IMG/VR virus record: IMGVR_UViG_3300008113_000003
Span: 1-64,000 of that record
Direction: 5' to 3' (one strand)
Length of the DNA: 64,000 nucleotides
Shown piece by piece: positions 47,024 through 58,067 of this stretch. Below the pieces are notes generated by a model. It was not told the DNA's origin, searched no databases, and was given only the letters and a program-made list of their open reading frames with translations. Both the position numbers and the translations under genes were made by a program. Numbering within the stretch: the first letter of the stretch is position 1; each line of letters opens with the position of its first letter.

Positions 47024-47243
47024 TTTCTAAACTAAAAATTCTAAGTGCATTTATTATTACTTCTGATTCTTCAAGCGAGAAAGCGCCTTTTGATTGTGCA
47101 TATCTTAACGCAGCGTTTACGGTTAAGATAATCTCCGCTTCCGAGCCTTCTTTTACTTTTCCAAGAAAAGTTTGGTATTCTTCATCTGACATGTAAGCTA
47201 ATACACCGAATAGCACGCCTTTTGGTTTTTGTTCGTTACTCAT
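47001..47243 (-). CDS. conserved hypothetical protein
   Basis: AQSKGAFSLEESE; start adjusted to MSNEQ. Confidence 0.6.
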   Translation of the reverse strand: MSNEQKPKGVLFGVLAYMSDEEYQTFLGKVKEGSEAEIILTVNAALRYAQSKGAFSLEESEVIINALRIFSLENGETKGS

Positions 47244-47244
47244 A

Positions 47245-47934
47245 TTAATGGTTAAATTCGTAAAATTTATCGATACCAAGCAACATAAAGTTAGTATCTT
47301 CTATTAATTCTTCTTTTGTAAAATGAAAGTGTCCGTTGAACCAATATTCAACTCTATTACCGTTTAATTTCAACGTTCTGTACATTGTTTCAAAATCTTT
47401 TCTTTCTTGTAGTAATGCATCATGCAAAGAAGGGTCTTGTGCAACAAACCACCAAACTAATTCGTTAAAATGAACTGGTTCACAGAAACTTGGGGAGCTA
47501 TGCGCAATCACAACATCAATGTTTTCTTCAATCGCATTTAACTTATCAACATCTAAAACAAATCTTTCTTCTGGCCAATAATCAACACCAGCTCTTCTTT
47601 GGCATCTATCAATACTAATGGCACCACCAACAAATAGATAACTCCTACCCTCAATGTTTCTAACAGTATAGTCAGGTAAGAACTCTATATTACTAAAGTT
47701 GTAGTTACCGTCAAAATATGCTGGGTCATCGTGATTACCACGAATAATTAATAAATTGTTATTGTTTTTTGCTAGTTTTTTATTGATGTCGATCATCTCC
47801 TCGTCCATTCTAGCACGACTACGGAAACCAACGCCAAAATCACCAACCTGTATAATAGTGGTGTCTTTTACGGCCATGGCCTTCATGTAAAGTTTTTGGA
47901 AATTACCGTGAATATCCCCTAATATCTGTACCAT
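47245..47934 (-). CDS. metallophosphoesterase
   Basis: GDIHG, VGDFG, RGNHD, GGAISID, GHFH. Confidence 0.88.
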   Translation of the reverse strand: MVQILGDIHGNFQKLYMKAMAVKDTTIIQVGDFGVGFRSRARMDEEMIDINKKLAKNNNNLLIIRGNHDDPAYFDGNYNFSNIEFLPDYTVRNIEGRSYLFVGGAISIDRCQRRAGVDYWPEERFVLDVDKLNAIEENIDVVIAHSSPSFCEPVHFNELVWWFVAQDPSLHDALLQERKDFETMYRTLKLNGNRVEYWFNGHFHFTKEELIEDTNFMLLGIDKFYEFNH

Positions 47935-47954
47935 AGGTACAAAAATAGTAAAAT

Positions 47955-48188
47955 TTAGTGAATAACCAAATCTTTATGGTCAATTTTTTTCAATTCGGTA
48001 TCTAATTCGTGTTTTTTTCTTTTCTTATGGTTGTATTTGTAAACATTAAAAAACAAATACGGTAGATATATAAAGTAGAATGACCATAAGAATAATGTTA
48101 CCCCACCACCAAATAATAATAGGAATGGTGAAAAAATGATCACGATATCCATGCTACAGGATATTATTTCAATTTGTCTATAACTCAT
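47955..48188 (-). CDS. small membrane protein
   Basis: Hydrophobic; start uncertain. Confidence 0.45.
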   Translation of the reverse strand: MSYRQIEIISCSMDIVIIFSPFLLLFGGGVTLFLWSFYFIYLPYLFFNVYKYNHKKRKKHELDTELKKIDHKDLVIH

Positions 48189-49399
48189 GTTGTTACTCTT
48201 CTAAGTTTCCCATTTAAGAAGGATTTATAATTAGGACCTTTCAAAATAATAATTTCATTACCTTCCCTTTTAAATCTGAAGATACCAGCTGCTTCAGCTG
48301 CATCAAGCAATGTCTGTAAATAACCTTGCTTATGTTTTAAATTATTTTGTTCAAAAAAGTCGTCCAGAATTGGTTTTCTAGCTGTGCTAATGAAACCTAT
48401 TAAGTCTAAAATAATTTTGTTCTTATTTGGTGAACTAAAAGAGTACGAGAAACTTGGATTGTCTGTTTTCCAGAAAATAAACTCAGTATTAAACGGTTCT
48501 AATGTAATAACTCTAGTATCGATGAATTTTTTAAGTAGATTAAAATATGTTTTACGGAAAAATCTTTCTGCTACAAAAGCGTCCGTTGGGATTCTATAAA
48601 TTTCAAAGAAATGGTTAATAAAAATTTTACCTTGTCTGTTTTTAACTTTGATTTTAACTTTGTTTGAATCACCTGGGAATAAAACTGTTTCAACAAGAAT
48701 TGTTGGTGCTTTAACTGATTCCCATGTAATCATTAATTTACCATCCTCTTTTAACGTTTTAATTGGTTTCCAATCCCCAAGATCTGTAGATAATTTATAA
48801 TCATTAAACTTACTTTCAAATACGGATTTTAAAACCAAATCCACTCTCCTTGGGTTTTGTGTTTTTTTAGCTTTTGCTTGTATTGGAATATGGGGTGTTT
48901 GACCCGCTGTTGGTTCCTTTGTAATTGGAACGTTTTTTACTGTATTTTTTACCTGTTTATTGATAACAGGCGAAGGTTTTGGTGCTGGGGCTGGTGGTAC
49001 TGGTACTGGGGCTGGTTTTGGCTCCAACTCAGCATCAATCTCATTAAATAAATCCTCTAATAATTCATCACCTTCTTTTAAGATAGGTATTTTCATTTGG
49101 TACCCATCGTAAAAATCAGATGAATTAATGTCAACAGCATCCATATCAATGGAATAACCAGACTCTTCTAAAAGACCTGAGATTCTGTTATGTAGAAAAT
49201 CTTCTAGAAAAAAATCTAAAGAGGTTTCCTCATCAAAATTTTTTGTCGCTTTTTTAATCTCATCGATTGTGATGATTTCACGATATAAACCCGTGTTTTC
49301 CAGGCGATTATATGACAACTGAACACGGTTGTTTTCCGATTTTCCTTCACTAAGGATTTGTTCAATTATCAATTTTCTATATTGGTCAGATTTTCTCAT
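48185..49399 (-). CDS. late hypothetical protein with Pro-rich linker
   Basis: TATTTAT upstream; PKPAPVPVPPAPAPKP. Confidence 0.65.
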   Translation of the reverse strand: MRKSDQYRKLIIEQILSEGKSENNRVQLSYNRLENTGLYREIITIDEIKKATKNFDEETSLDFFLEDFLHNRISGLLEESGYSIDMDAVDINSSDFYDGYQMKIPILKEGDELLEDLFNEIDAELEPKPAPVPVPPAPAPKPSPVINKQVKNTVKNVPITKEPTAGQTPHIPIQAKAKKTQNPRRVDLVLKSVFESKFNDYKLSTDLGDWKPIKTLKEDGKLMITWESVKAPTILVETVLFPGDSNKVKIKVKNRQGKIFINHFFEIYRIPTDAFVAERFFRKTYFNLLKKFIDTRVITLEPFNTEFIFWKTDNPSFSYSFSSPNKNKIILDLIGFISTARKPILDDFFEQNNLKHKQGYLQTLLDAAEAAGIFRFKREGNEIIILKGPNYKSFLNGKLRRVTT

Positions 49400-49643
49400 T
49401 ATATATAAATATCTTGTTTTTTCGCTTTATTCTTAAAAATAAAACTAATATTATTGTATTAATGATTTTAGAGGTAAGAATATGTAGAAAAATGGCTGAA
49501 GTGCATGTCATCGACAGCGCCAACAGCCACCCAATTTCAATAATAAAAAGTAATTTAGAATCCTTAAATTCGCTTATTTTTGATCTTATGGGTAAATACA
49601 CCATAACAACGATTAAACGCAATAGGAAGCCGTTATTAACAAA

Positions 49644-51326
49644 TTAATTATCGTATTTGATAATCGCAACTTCTGGACCTCTTTTATTTTTACTTAAAGA
49701 GGTTATCTTTTCTCCGCTTATTGAGGTATCATCAATACAAATAGCAATAATCTCGGGTAATGAACTTAATTTATCGGGGATATTTGATAATTTTTCGTTA
49801 CCGTGAAAATCCACCAAATATAATTTATTACAATCCAATATGTCATCTGTAATTGTTTTTATATTACAGTTAGATGCTGTTAATCTAGCTAAACTACTCA
49901 ACGTGTTTATACCAGTTGGTAACTCTTTTAATTTACTGTTGTAATCCAAAACAATGTCAGTTAAATTAACCAAACCAGTTAAATCAAATTTATTTTCAAT
50001 TTTGCAGCCAGATAAATCAATAAAATTTAAACCTGTTAACTGATTAACCCAAGACGGAACCTCAGTCAACAAATTATTTCTAACCTTTAAATATTTTAAG
50101 TTCTTAAGGTTTTTGATTGACTCGGGTAATGACTCTAAACCGCAATCAGAAAAGTCTAATTTTTCCAAACTTTCGATGTCACCAATTTCATTTAAAATAT
50201 CAGAATCCATTTTATTACCACTGAAATCCAAAACTTTGGGTTTAGACTCCTTCAACATTTTAATGATTTGATCACCGTAACCTAATTTCAATAAAAACTG
50301 AATGTCATCATTAACTTTGTTCTTTAACTGTCTTTTTGGTAAAACAGTTTTAGTAATGTACTTTTTAAAATAGTCTTTAATATCTTTATTTGTATAAAAG
50401 AAGTCGTTTATGTCAATCGGTCTGTCTGGAACGTTCATATATTGCTGATCCTCAAAATGGAATTGCATGCGGACATTTGGGTCGTTTTTAGCGGCTTTCT
50501 TGGAACCATAACCTTTCTTAATTAACACGAATAACTCACCACGTCCATGATATGAGTCAAACATATTACCATATCTTGTACCAGCAGTACACCAAGTTGT
50601 GTATTTACCAAATTCAACGTTTGCTTCTCTATCATGAGTTATAACAATAACCCAATCTTTGTTTTCAAAAACTAATTCAGCACGCCCAATCATTGGGTCG
50701 TATTCCTTATTTTTTTCAATAAAGTTTTGGTGGTTTTGTATACATCTTAATTCCTTCGGATCTAGAGTGTGTACATTATCAGAAGAACCGTCATCATCCA
50801 TCATAGTGTATGGTAACACAACCTCATTAAGCGTTTGGTAATCTGGGTATTTGTTAATATCTCTCTTACTTTCCGCTAAAACGTTTGTTTTTTTAAGGAA
50901 AGCAAAAGTTTCCAATGACGATTTAACAGTTGTATATAAATCCTCATAAAAATTATGGTTAATAACGGCATCAGGGTTATTTGGGGTGTAAGAGATTAAT
51001 TGGTTTCTATATAAACCGAGTAACCATTGCAAGTTTTCTTTATTTGGGGTTGGATCGCACTCAACTAGAAAGCTAAAAGCAACCTCTCTTGGTGTTTTTT
51101 CTTCACCCAAATAATCGGTTGGGGGTATCCCCATATTTGATAGGAAGGAGAATAACCTGTAATCATAGAAAAGATCTTCTGGGTCATTATACACCATATG
51201 GTGCAAACTAGTAAAACCCTCGTGTCTATTGTCAAACTTAGTTAACTGTTGTCTTTTAACAGCCTTTCTATATGTCGCCTTAAATGAGTTATCATAGAGA
51301 TACTCAACTCTAGATTTTTTTTCCAT
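49644..51326 (-). CDS. leucine-rich-repeat protein with N-terminal phage TxWCT domain
   Basis: LEKLDFSDCGLESLPESIKNL, LKYLKVRNNLLTEVP, LARLTASNC; about 8 LRRs. Confidence 0.85.
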   Translation of the reverse strand: MEKKSRVEYLYDNSFKATYRKAVKRQQLTKFDNRHEGFTSLHHMVYNDPEDLFYDYRLFSFLSNMGIPPTDYLGEEKTPREVAFSFLVECDPTPNKENLQWLLGLYRNQLISYTPNNPDAVINHNFYEDLYTTVKSSLETFAFLKKTNVLAESKRDINKYPDYQTLNEVVLPYTMMDDDGSSDNVHTLDPKELRCIQNHQNFIEKNKEYDPMIGRAELVFENKDWVIVITHDREANVEFGKYTTWCTAGTRYGNMFDSYHGRGELFVLIKKGYGSKKAAKNDPNVRMQFHFEDQQYMNVPDRPIDINDFFYTNKDIKDYFKKYITKTVLPKRQLKNKVNDDIQFLLKLGYGDQIIKMLKESKPKVLDFSGNKMDSDILNEIGDIESLEKLDFSDCGLESLPESIKNLKNLKYLKVRNNLLTEVPSWVNQLTGLNFIDLSGCKIENKFDLTGLVNLTDIVLDYNSKLKELPTGINTLSSLARLTASNCNIKTITDDILDCNKLYLVDFHGNEKLSNIPDKLSSLPEIIAICIDDTSISGEKITSLSKNKRGPEVAIIKYDN

Positions 51327-51393
51327 GGCACAATATTAGTAAATAATCTTTTAACAACAAAATATTTTCAAAGTTTTTTTCATATTTATATGT

Positions 51394-51582
51394 ATGCTAT
51401 ACATCGAAGTAAAGGGTAATATAGAAAAAGCCCTAAAGACCTACAAAAATAAGGTTTTTAAAACAAAGATTCACGATGAATTACGTGAAAGAAAAGAATT
51501 TAAAAAGAAATGCGTTGAAAGACGTGAAGAAATCTTAAAAGCTAAACACAAACAGTATTTACAGACTAAAGAAGAAGCTTAG
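51394..51582 (+). CDS. rpsU: 30S ribosomal protein bS21
   Basis: IEV..NIEKALK.YK.K...ELRERKEF.K..V.RR. Confidence 0.85.
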   Translation: MLYIEVKGNIEKALKTYKNKVFKTKIHDELRERKEFKKKCVERREEILKAKHKQYLQTKEEA

Positions 51583-52036
51583 TTGAATTTATGTAATCAA
51601 CTGATTCAAATAAATTCTTACCTCTTTCCTGCGTTTTGATGAATTTCTTAACAAGCTGACCCGCAACTGCGTTTGCCTCGTCTTCTATTTCACCACCAAT
51701 GTCTTGTACTGGTTTTACAATACGATCATCTTCATATTGTTTCTTATGAACCATTTCATGGGCCACACTTCTCATGACATCACCTAACATTCTGTTTTTT
51801 GCGTAAACACAAACAAGTTTATCTTTATCACGATAAAATGCTGTTGTTACAACACCATTTTTATCACGATCATGGCATAACAAACATTTGAAGTCGCCAG
51901 ACAAGTCTAATTCTTTACAACAAAACTCAATAAAAGCTTTTGCTGTCTCAAACTTATCCTCAGGGAACTCAAGACCATCTTCGATTTCTAAATCGCAAGA
52001 CGGACCTTTACCTTTTATAACTTCTAATAGTCTCAT
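51566..52036 (-). CDS. zincin-like metallopeptidase domain protein
   Basis: RSVAHEMVH..Q, EDEANA. Confidence 0.7.
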   Translation of the reverse strand: MRLLEVIKGKGPSCDLEIEDGLEFPEDKFETAKAFIEFCCKELDLSGDFKCLLCHDRDKNGVVTTAFYRDKDKLVCVYAKNRMLGDVMRSVAHEMVHKKQYEDDRIVKPVQDIGGEIEDEANAVAGQLVKKFIKTQERGKNLFESVDYINSTKLLL

Positions 52037-55000
52037 TATAATAAATTGTTTATGTCTCTATTTTTAAACGAACCTGCGGTTCCGTTTGTCCCAAACAGTA
52101 AATAATTAACAGGTGTTGCTTGAACGTATTGTTGTTTTTGTGTATTAACAACCAACCAATCATAACCATCGTATAATAACTCAACACTTTCTAAAGTTTC
52201 TAACGGGAAGAAATATCCACCATTTGTAACTCTAGTGTTTATGTTAGATGCGATAATTCTATCTTGTGTACCCCCTGAAACCCATTTACTCGCAACAATT
52301 AAATCATTTAAATTATTTAAGTTGTTTCTTTTTGTGACAAACTTAATAACTCTACTCTCATCGTTTGCGCTTACAAATGGTGGTAATACAACAATATAGT
52401 TTTCTGTTGATCCCGTGTTAACCACATCTAAAACAACATATGTTAATTTAGCTGTAAAACCTGTTACCTGTAATTCTTTAACCTGTATTGTATCCGTATT
52501 AGAACTTGTTGTAAATATAAGATTAAATGTATCACCAGTAAAGCTATTTTCATCTAAGAAAATAAATCCATGTGTTGTTACACCTTCTTTTGATTGCACA
52601 TCGTCAGTTGGATCGAAATCAACTTGGACTGTTGTGCTATCACTGTTTTGTATTTCAAGTATTGTATTAGTTAATGTTACGCCTGTTACAGCTGTGCCAC
52701 CACTTGTTGATGTAAATCCGCTTGTACCTGATGAACCAGATACAGCCATCACATCCCAATCAGGGTTTGAGTCTGGTGGGTTTGAACCTATACCAGAAGC
52801 CGTTGTGTTTGTAAATATATAAGTTATTCCGTTGTAATAAACAACATCATTTAAGCCATAAGATATTGTTGACCCAGTTATTGGATCACCGTCCCAAACA
52901 CCTAACCAATTAAAGCTATATCCTGAAGAACCACTTGTTCCTGATTCACCTGAAGATCCTGATGTACCATCAACGCCTGAGGTTCCAGAAGAACCCGAAC
53001 TCCCTGATGAACCCGCAATAGCGCCAACCGAAGTCACTACAAAAGAATAATATGAATTACCTTCAGTATAATAACCTACTGAATGTGTTGTTGAATCATT
53101 ATTGCTAATGTATAATCTAACAATCATTCTATTTGTTGGGTCAATAGTTGTTGTTGGTAATACAATATCCATATTAACTTCAACAGGAATTATCGAACTA
53201 ACCCAACCAATTAGTACAACATTTGATGTTATTGTCGGTCCAATCGGTGTTCCAGTGTTATCAGCTAATTGTATTTCAACATAAGCATCAATATCATCAT
53301 TACTTGCAGGTTTCAAATAATGTAAATGAAATCTTTGCACACCACCAGGTATTACCGAAAACCCTAATTCAGGTGTTATATAATCAGAAACCAATACGTT
53401 TTGTTGTCCGCTAGTTAAATTTGTTGTTACTGTTTGTGTTGTTCCTGTTGATGGTTGTGTCGATAAAACTTTGTAACCTGAAACATCGCTGTTTTGGCTC
53501 TCATTAAAATAATATGTTTGACCAACCGAAATACCACTCACACCTGATGTTCCGCTTTCTCCTGAAGTTCCTGATTCCCCAGATGTTCCTGAAGATCCAC
53601 TTTCTCCGCTCGTTCCAGACTCACCTGATGTACCACTCTCTCCTGAGGTTCCGTTTTCACCAGATGTTCCACTTTCTCCTGAAGTTCCTGATTCCCCTGA
53701 TGTTCCTGATTCCCCTGATGTTCCTGATTCACCGCTTGTTCCTGATTCCCCTGATGTTCCTGATTCCCCTGATGTTCCTGATTCACCGCTTGTTCCAGAC
53801 TCGCCTGATGTACCATCAACACCGTTTATACCAGAAATACCTGATGTTCCTGATTCACCTGATGTACCACTCTCTCCAGAACTACCTGAAGAACCAGACT
53901 CACCTGATGTTCCTGATTCACCTGAAGTACCACTCTCTCCAGAACTACCTGAAGAACCAGATTCTCCACTTGTACCAGATTCTCCGTTTGTACCAGATTC
54001 ACCTGAAGATCCAGCAGAACCACTCTCACCGCTTGTACCAGATTCTCCTGAACTACCTGAAGAACCACTCTCACCGCTTGTACCAGATTCTCCTGAAGAA
54101 CCACTCTCACCGCTTGTACCAGATTCTCCTGAAGTACCACTCTCTCCTGAGGTTCCTGAAGATCCAGATTCGCCACTTGTACCAGATTCTCCAGAACTAC
54201 CTGAAGAACCAGATTCTCCACTTGTACCATTCTCACCTGAAGTACCGCTCTCACCAGAAATACCTGACGTACCATCAACACCGTTTACGCCAGAAATACC
54301 AGAGGTTCCTGATTCACCAGATGTTCCTGAAGATCCAGACTCACCTGATGTACCACTCTCTCCTGAGGTTCCGTTTTCACCTGATGTTCCTGAAGATCCA
54401 GATTCACCAGATGTTCCAGATGTTCCCGATTCACCACTTGTTCCTGAAGATCCAGATTCACCAGATGTTCCTGATTCACCAGATGTTCCTGATTCACCAG
54501 ATGTTCCTGAAGATCCAGATTCACCAGATGTTCCTGAAGATCCAGATTCACCAGATGTTCCTGATTCACCGCTTGACCCAGAGGAGCCACTTTCACCAGA
54601 TGTTCCGCTTTCGCCAGAAATACCTGACGTACCATCAACACCGTTTACACCCGAAATACCACTTGTTCCTGATTCTCCTGAGGTTCCTGATTCTCCTGAG
54701 GTTCCTGAGGTTCCTGATTCTCCTGAGGTTCCTGAAGATCCTGATTCACCGCTTGTTCCTGAAGATCCTGATTCTCCTGAGGTTCCTGATTCACCGCTTG
54801 TTCCTGAAGATCCTGATTCTCCTGAGGTTCCTGATTCACCACTTGTTCCTGATTCACCACTTGTTCCTGAAGATCCTGATTCTCCTGAGGTTCCAGCAAC
54901 ACCGCCAGTTCCACCACCGCCACCAGATATATCAATAGTTACAATTTTATAGCCACCAACTCCTGTTGTTGAGCTAATTCCGTTAATACCAGTACCAGTA

Positions 55001-55713
55001 AACTCTATATAACTTGCACCAGCGATACCACTTGTACCGTATTTAATAACAGGGAACTCATCAGTGTAATTTAATGCGTCTAAATTATATTGAGCTTCAG
55101 CTGATCCAGCTTGTAATGTCGCATAAACACTTGCTGGTATAGCCCATTGTAAAGATTTATTATCAGTTATTTCAGATATAGCATTATAAGCTGCGTCTAA
55201 GGGTACTCTTTGTAAACTTGAATATGATCCATCTTCAGCAAATTTAGCAAAAAATGAAATAGTAGATGATGAGGGTCTTTCTGTTACCTTTATTATCTCA
55301 AATAGGTTAAATATACCGATTAATTGGATAAAGGCATTTGCATCAACAGCATTGTTAATAATTTTAAAACCCTCAACAACATCATTCGTTGTTGTTAAAC
55401 CATTAACTTCTAAATACGTTGTATCTTCGCAATAAAAAACACCATCTGGTGTTGCGGTTGTTATCGTAATACCTGTATTTGTACCTGTCGCTAGATTATC
55501 AATTTCAAATGAATTGGCACCAATATTTATACTAGTAATTACAGATCCAGTTGGTATATCTGTACCTGAAACCACCAATCCCTCAACCAAATTGTTTATA
55601 TCAACGACATTTGTAATGGTGTTACTACTATTTGTTGTATCACCAGTTATATTGGGGCCGTAGGTTACCCAACTTGGTATTAGTATTGTACCTGTAATTA
55701 AACTATGACTCAT
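52036..55713 (-). CDS. collagen-like (Gly-X-Ser) fibre protein, 1225 aa
   Basis: About 450 aa of GES/GTS/GSS triplets; carbohydrate-binding-like module (YGLNDVVYYNG..PDW). Confidence 0.8.
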   Translation of the reverse strand: MSHSLITGTILIPSWVTYGPNITGDTTNSSNTITNVVDINNLVEGLVVSGTDIPTGSVITSINIGANSFEIDNLATGTNTGITITTATPDGVFYCEDTTYLEVNGLTTTNDVVEGFKIINNAVDANAFIQLIGIFNLFEIIKVTERPSSSTISFFAKFAEDGSYSSLQRVPLDAAYNAISEITDNKSLQWAIPASVYATLQAGSAEAQYNLDALNYTDEFPVIKYGTSGIAGASYIEFTGTGINGISSTTGVGGYKIVTIDISGGGGGTGGVAGTSGESGSSGTSGESGTSGESGTSGESGSSGTSGESGTSGESGSSGTSGESGSSGTSGESGTSGTSGESGTSGESGTSGISGVNGVDGTSGISGESGTSGESGSSGSSGESGTSGESGSSGTSGESGSSGTSGESGTSGESGTSGESGSSGTSGESGTSGTSGESGSSGTSGENGTSGESGTSGESGSSGTSGESGTSGISGVNGVDGTSGISGESGTSGENGTSGESGSSGSSGESGTSGESGSSGTSGESGTSGESGTSGESGSSGESGTSGESGSSGSSGESGTSGESGSAGSSGESGTNGESGTSGESGSSGSSGESGTSGESGTSGESGSSGSSGESGTSGESGTSGISGINGVDGTSGESGTSGESGTSGESGTSGESGTSGESGTSGESGTSGESGTSGESGTSGENGTSGESGTSGESGTSGESGSSGTSGESGTSGESGTSGVSGISVGQTYYFNESQNSDVSGYKVLSTQPSTGTTQTVTTNLTSGQQNVLVSDYITPELGFSVIPGGVQRFHLHYLKPASNDDIDAYVEIQLADNTGTPIGPTITSNVVLIGWVSSIIPVEVNMDIVLPTTTIDPTNRMIVRLYISNNDSTTHSVGYYTEGNSYYSFVVTSVGAIAGSSGSSGSSGTSGVDGTSGSSGESGTSGSSGYSFNWLGVWDGDPITGSTISYGLNDVVYYNGITYIFTNTTASGIGSNPPDSNPDWDVMAVSGSSGTSGFTSTSGGTAVTGVTLTNTILEIQNSDSTTVQVDFDPTDDVQSKEGVTTHGFIFLDENSFTGDTFNLIFTTSSNTDTIQVKELQVTGFTAKLTYVVLDVVNTGSTENYIVVLPPFVSANDESRVIKFVTKRNNLNNLNDLIVASKWVSGGTQDRIIASNINTRVTNGGYFFPLETLESVELLYDGYDWLVVNTQKQQYVQATPVNYLLFGTNGTAGSFKNRDINNLL
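53530..54900 (-). repeat. 9/18/27-bp coding repeats (GTS-GES-GSS) with GISG(V/I)NGVDG interruptions
   Basis: Directly visible in DNA and protein. Confidence 0.95.
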
Positions 55714-55727
55714 TTATATATTTTTTT

Positions 55728-57950
55728 TTAAAAAACCATTCTTATTCCATTGGAGTTTGATGCACCTAATGAACCTAAATTAAACACATGGTAATTACTA
55801 GCCGTAGCTAATGTCATTGAGGCACCCACAATAGTACCAGCAACAACATCTTGAACCCTTATTATTGGGAAATATGCGTTATTAGTTGCACTATTTGCAC
55901 CACCACCGTTTGTAGCTGATATTGGTGTTGTTAATGCATATGTTGTACCCGATCTTGAACCAGTTGCGTGGTAATAACTCATCAACTGAACATCACCACC
56001 AGATGGGGCAACAATCGTAGCGCCAGCGGCTGAAACAGATGAGACTGTAAAACCTAATGAATATGCCGCAGCTGACCCTGAAGATGTACCTGAACTTGAT
56101 GAAACGGTGATATCAAATGTGTTTGTTGAAACGTTACTAACAACGCAATATTCATTATCAATATTAACATTTCTAATGATGACAGCATCACCATTACTCC
56201 TACCATGATTATTATGTGTTACGGTTACAGTTGAACCACTTCTACTCCAAGATAAACCAGTATTAACTGTCGCACTTGAGACAATGTATATGTTTGCTGA
56301 ACCACTATTATATGCTAAATATCTGGATACATTGTTATAAACTGTTGATGTGCCACCGCCAGCTGATGATGTACCGCTTGTACCAGCTACACCAGATTCG
56401 CCAGAAGATCCAGCTGACCCTGAAGAACCAGGTGAACCAATACCAGATGTACCTGAAGAACCAGGTGAACCAATACCAGATGTACCTGAAGAACCAGGTG
56501 AACCAATACCAGATGTACCTGAAGAACCAGCTTCCCCTGAAGAACCAGCAGATCCTGATGAACCAGCTTCCCCTGAAGAACCAGCAGATCCTGATGAACC
56601 TGTTGCACCAATTGTTCCTTGTAAATTTGTTGTTGATGGGTTTTGTGGCCCAGATGATGAAAAAGCAAAACTGGTTACGTCAATCGATAATTGACCCGTA
56701 CCAGCGTTATAGGTTATTACAGTACCATTAGCATAATTTAAATTATCATATGCTATAATAACGGATTGACCCGTTGAGTATGATAAATTTGTTAATGTTG
56801 TTACAATTAATGGTACACCGACAGCCAATGTTGAATAATCAACTGGTGTTGAAGATAAACCTAAATATTTGTCACTATAACCAGACGTTCCTGATGTACC
56901 AGGTCCGCCACTCGTACCAGATGTTCCTGGCCCACCACTTGTTCCTGAAGAACCAGCGGATCCTGAAGAACCTGATGACCCAGTGTTACCACTTGTTCCT
57001 GAAGAACCAGCGGATCCTGAAGAACCAGCGGATCCAGATGTACCGTCACCACCAGAAGCACCATCCAAGTTAACAACCCAGCTACTATGTAAACCACTGC
57101 CAACAACTCTTGTTGGGGTACCAAATGTTAAAATACCTGTGGCACCATCATAGTTTATAACCTCACATTCTTGGTAATTACTTATATCATAAGCAATTAT
57201 AATTGATTGTGCAACTGTATAAGCTAAACCTGTTGCAACTGTTATCGCACCAGGACTACCTAATGTAAATGGTGTTGAGGATGTTGTTTTATATAAATCA
57301 CCATTGGCACCACTTGTCCCTGTTTCACCTGATGAACCTGAAGAACCACTTACACCGCTTGTACCAGTAAAACCTGAAGAACCAGCAGATCCTGAAGATC
57401 CAGGTGAACCAACACCTGATGTTCCTGAAGAACCAGCAGATCCTGAAGATCCAGTGATACCAGATGTACCAGATTCCCCTGAAGAACCTGATGACCCTGA
57501 AGAACCAGTGATACCACTTGTTCCTGAGTTACCAGATGTCCCCGAAGTTCCAGTACCACCACCAGCTATTGAGCTTAAATCAACGTCAACTGTGCTACCA
57601 TCAGCAGCTGTAAAGGTTATAATATTTGTACCGCTATCAAAAGTAGCATTAACGAATTCAGCGCCAGTTCCACCACCGCTTCCAGAGATTTTTCTCCAAA
57701 GAGTAATAGGTGTGCCATCAACAGTTATTGTTTCAGCAAAATTACCACCATTATTATCATAGACAAACGCAGTGTGCGTTTCAAGGCACAAATATAATGT
57801 TGTTGTCCCAGTTACAGTTACGTATGCAAACTGATCAGCCCTGAAGTCTTTTGCCGACCATTCGACAATCTCAAGGAACTGCATATTCGCATCCAACTCA
57901 TTATGTGTTAATGGTCTGGATAGATTTGCTCTTAATACTAAATTTGACAT
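55728..57950 (-). CDS. collagen-like Gly/Ser-rich fibre protein
   Basis: N-terminal LVLR....RPLTHNELDAN fibre motif; three GSS/GTS tracts separating duplicated domains (AYTVAQSIIIAYD / SYSTGQSVIIAYD). Confidence 0.8.
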   Translation of the reverse strand: MSNLVLRANLSRPLTHNELDANMQFLEIVEWSAKDFRADQFAYVTVTGTTTLYLCLETHTAFVYDNNGGNFAETITVDGTPITLWRKISGSGGGTGAEFVNATFDSGTNIITFTAADGSTVDVDLSSIAGGGTGTSGTSGNSGTSGITGSSGSSGSSGESGTSGITGSSGSAGSSGTSGVGSPGSSGSAGSSGFTGTSGVSGSSGSSGETGTSGANGDLYKTTSSTPFTLGSPGAITVATGLAYTVAQSIIIAYDISNYQECEVINYDGATGILTFGTPTRVVGSGLHSSWVVNLDGASGGDGTSGSAGSSGSAGSSGTSGNTGSSGSSGSAGSSGTSGGPGTSGTSGGPGTSGTSGYSDKYLGLSSTPVDYSTLAVGVPLIVTTLTNLSYSTGQSVIIAYDNLNYANGTVITYNAGTGQLSIDVTSFAFSSSGPQNPSTTNLQGTIGATGSSGSAGSSGEAGSSGSAGSSGEAGSSGTSGIGSPGSSGTSGIGSPGSSGTSGIGSPGSSGSAGSSGESGVAGTSGTSSAGGGTSTVYNNVSRYLAYNSGSANIYIVSSATVNTGLSWSRSGSTVTVTHNNHGRSNGDAVIIRNVNIDNEYCVVSNVSTNTFDITVSSSSGTSSGSAAAYSLGFTVSSVSAAGATIVAPSGGDVQLMSYYHATGSRSGTTYALTTPISATNGGGANSATNNAYFPIIRVQDVVAGTIVGASMTLATASNYHVFNLGSLGASNSNGIRMVF

Positions 57951-58067
57951 TTATTTATAAAATTTCTTTGATTTTATTATTCCTTAATATAAATAGTTAT
58001 TAATCGGAGAAAATGTCATGTAAACCGATTAAAACTTAATTTATTAAATTGTGTGTAATTAAACCTT

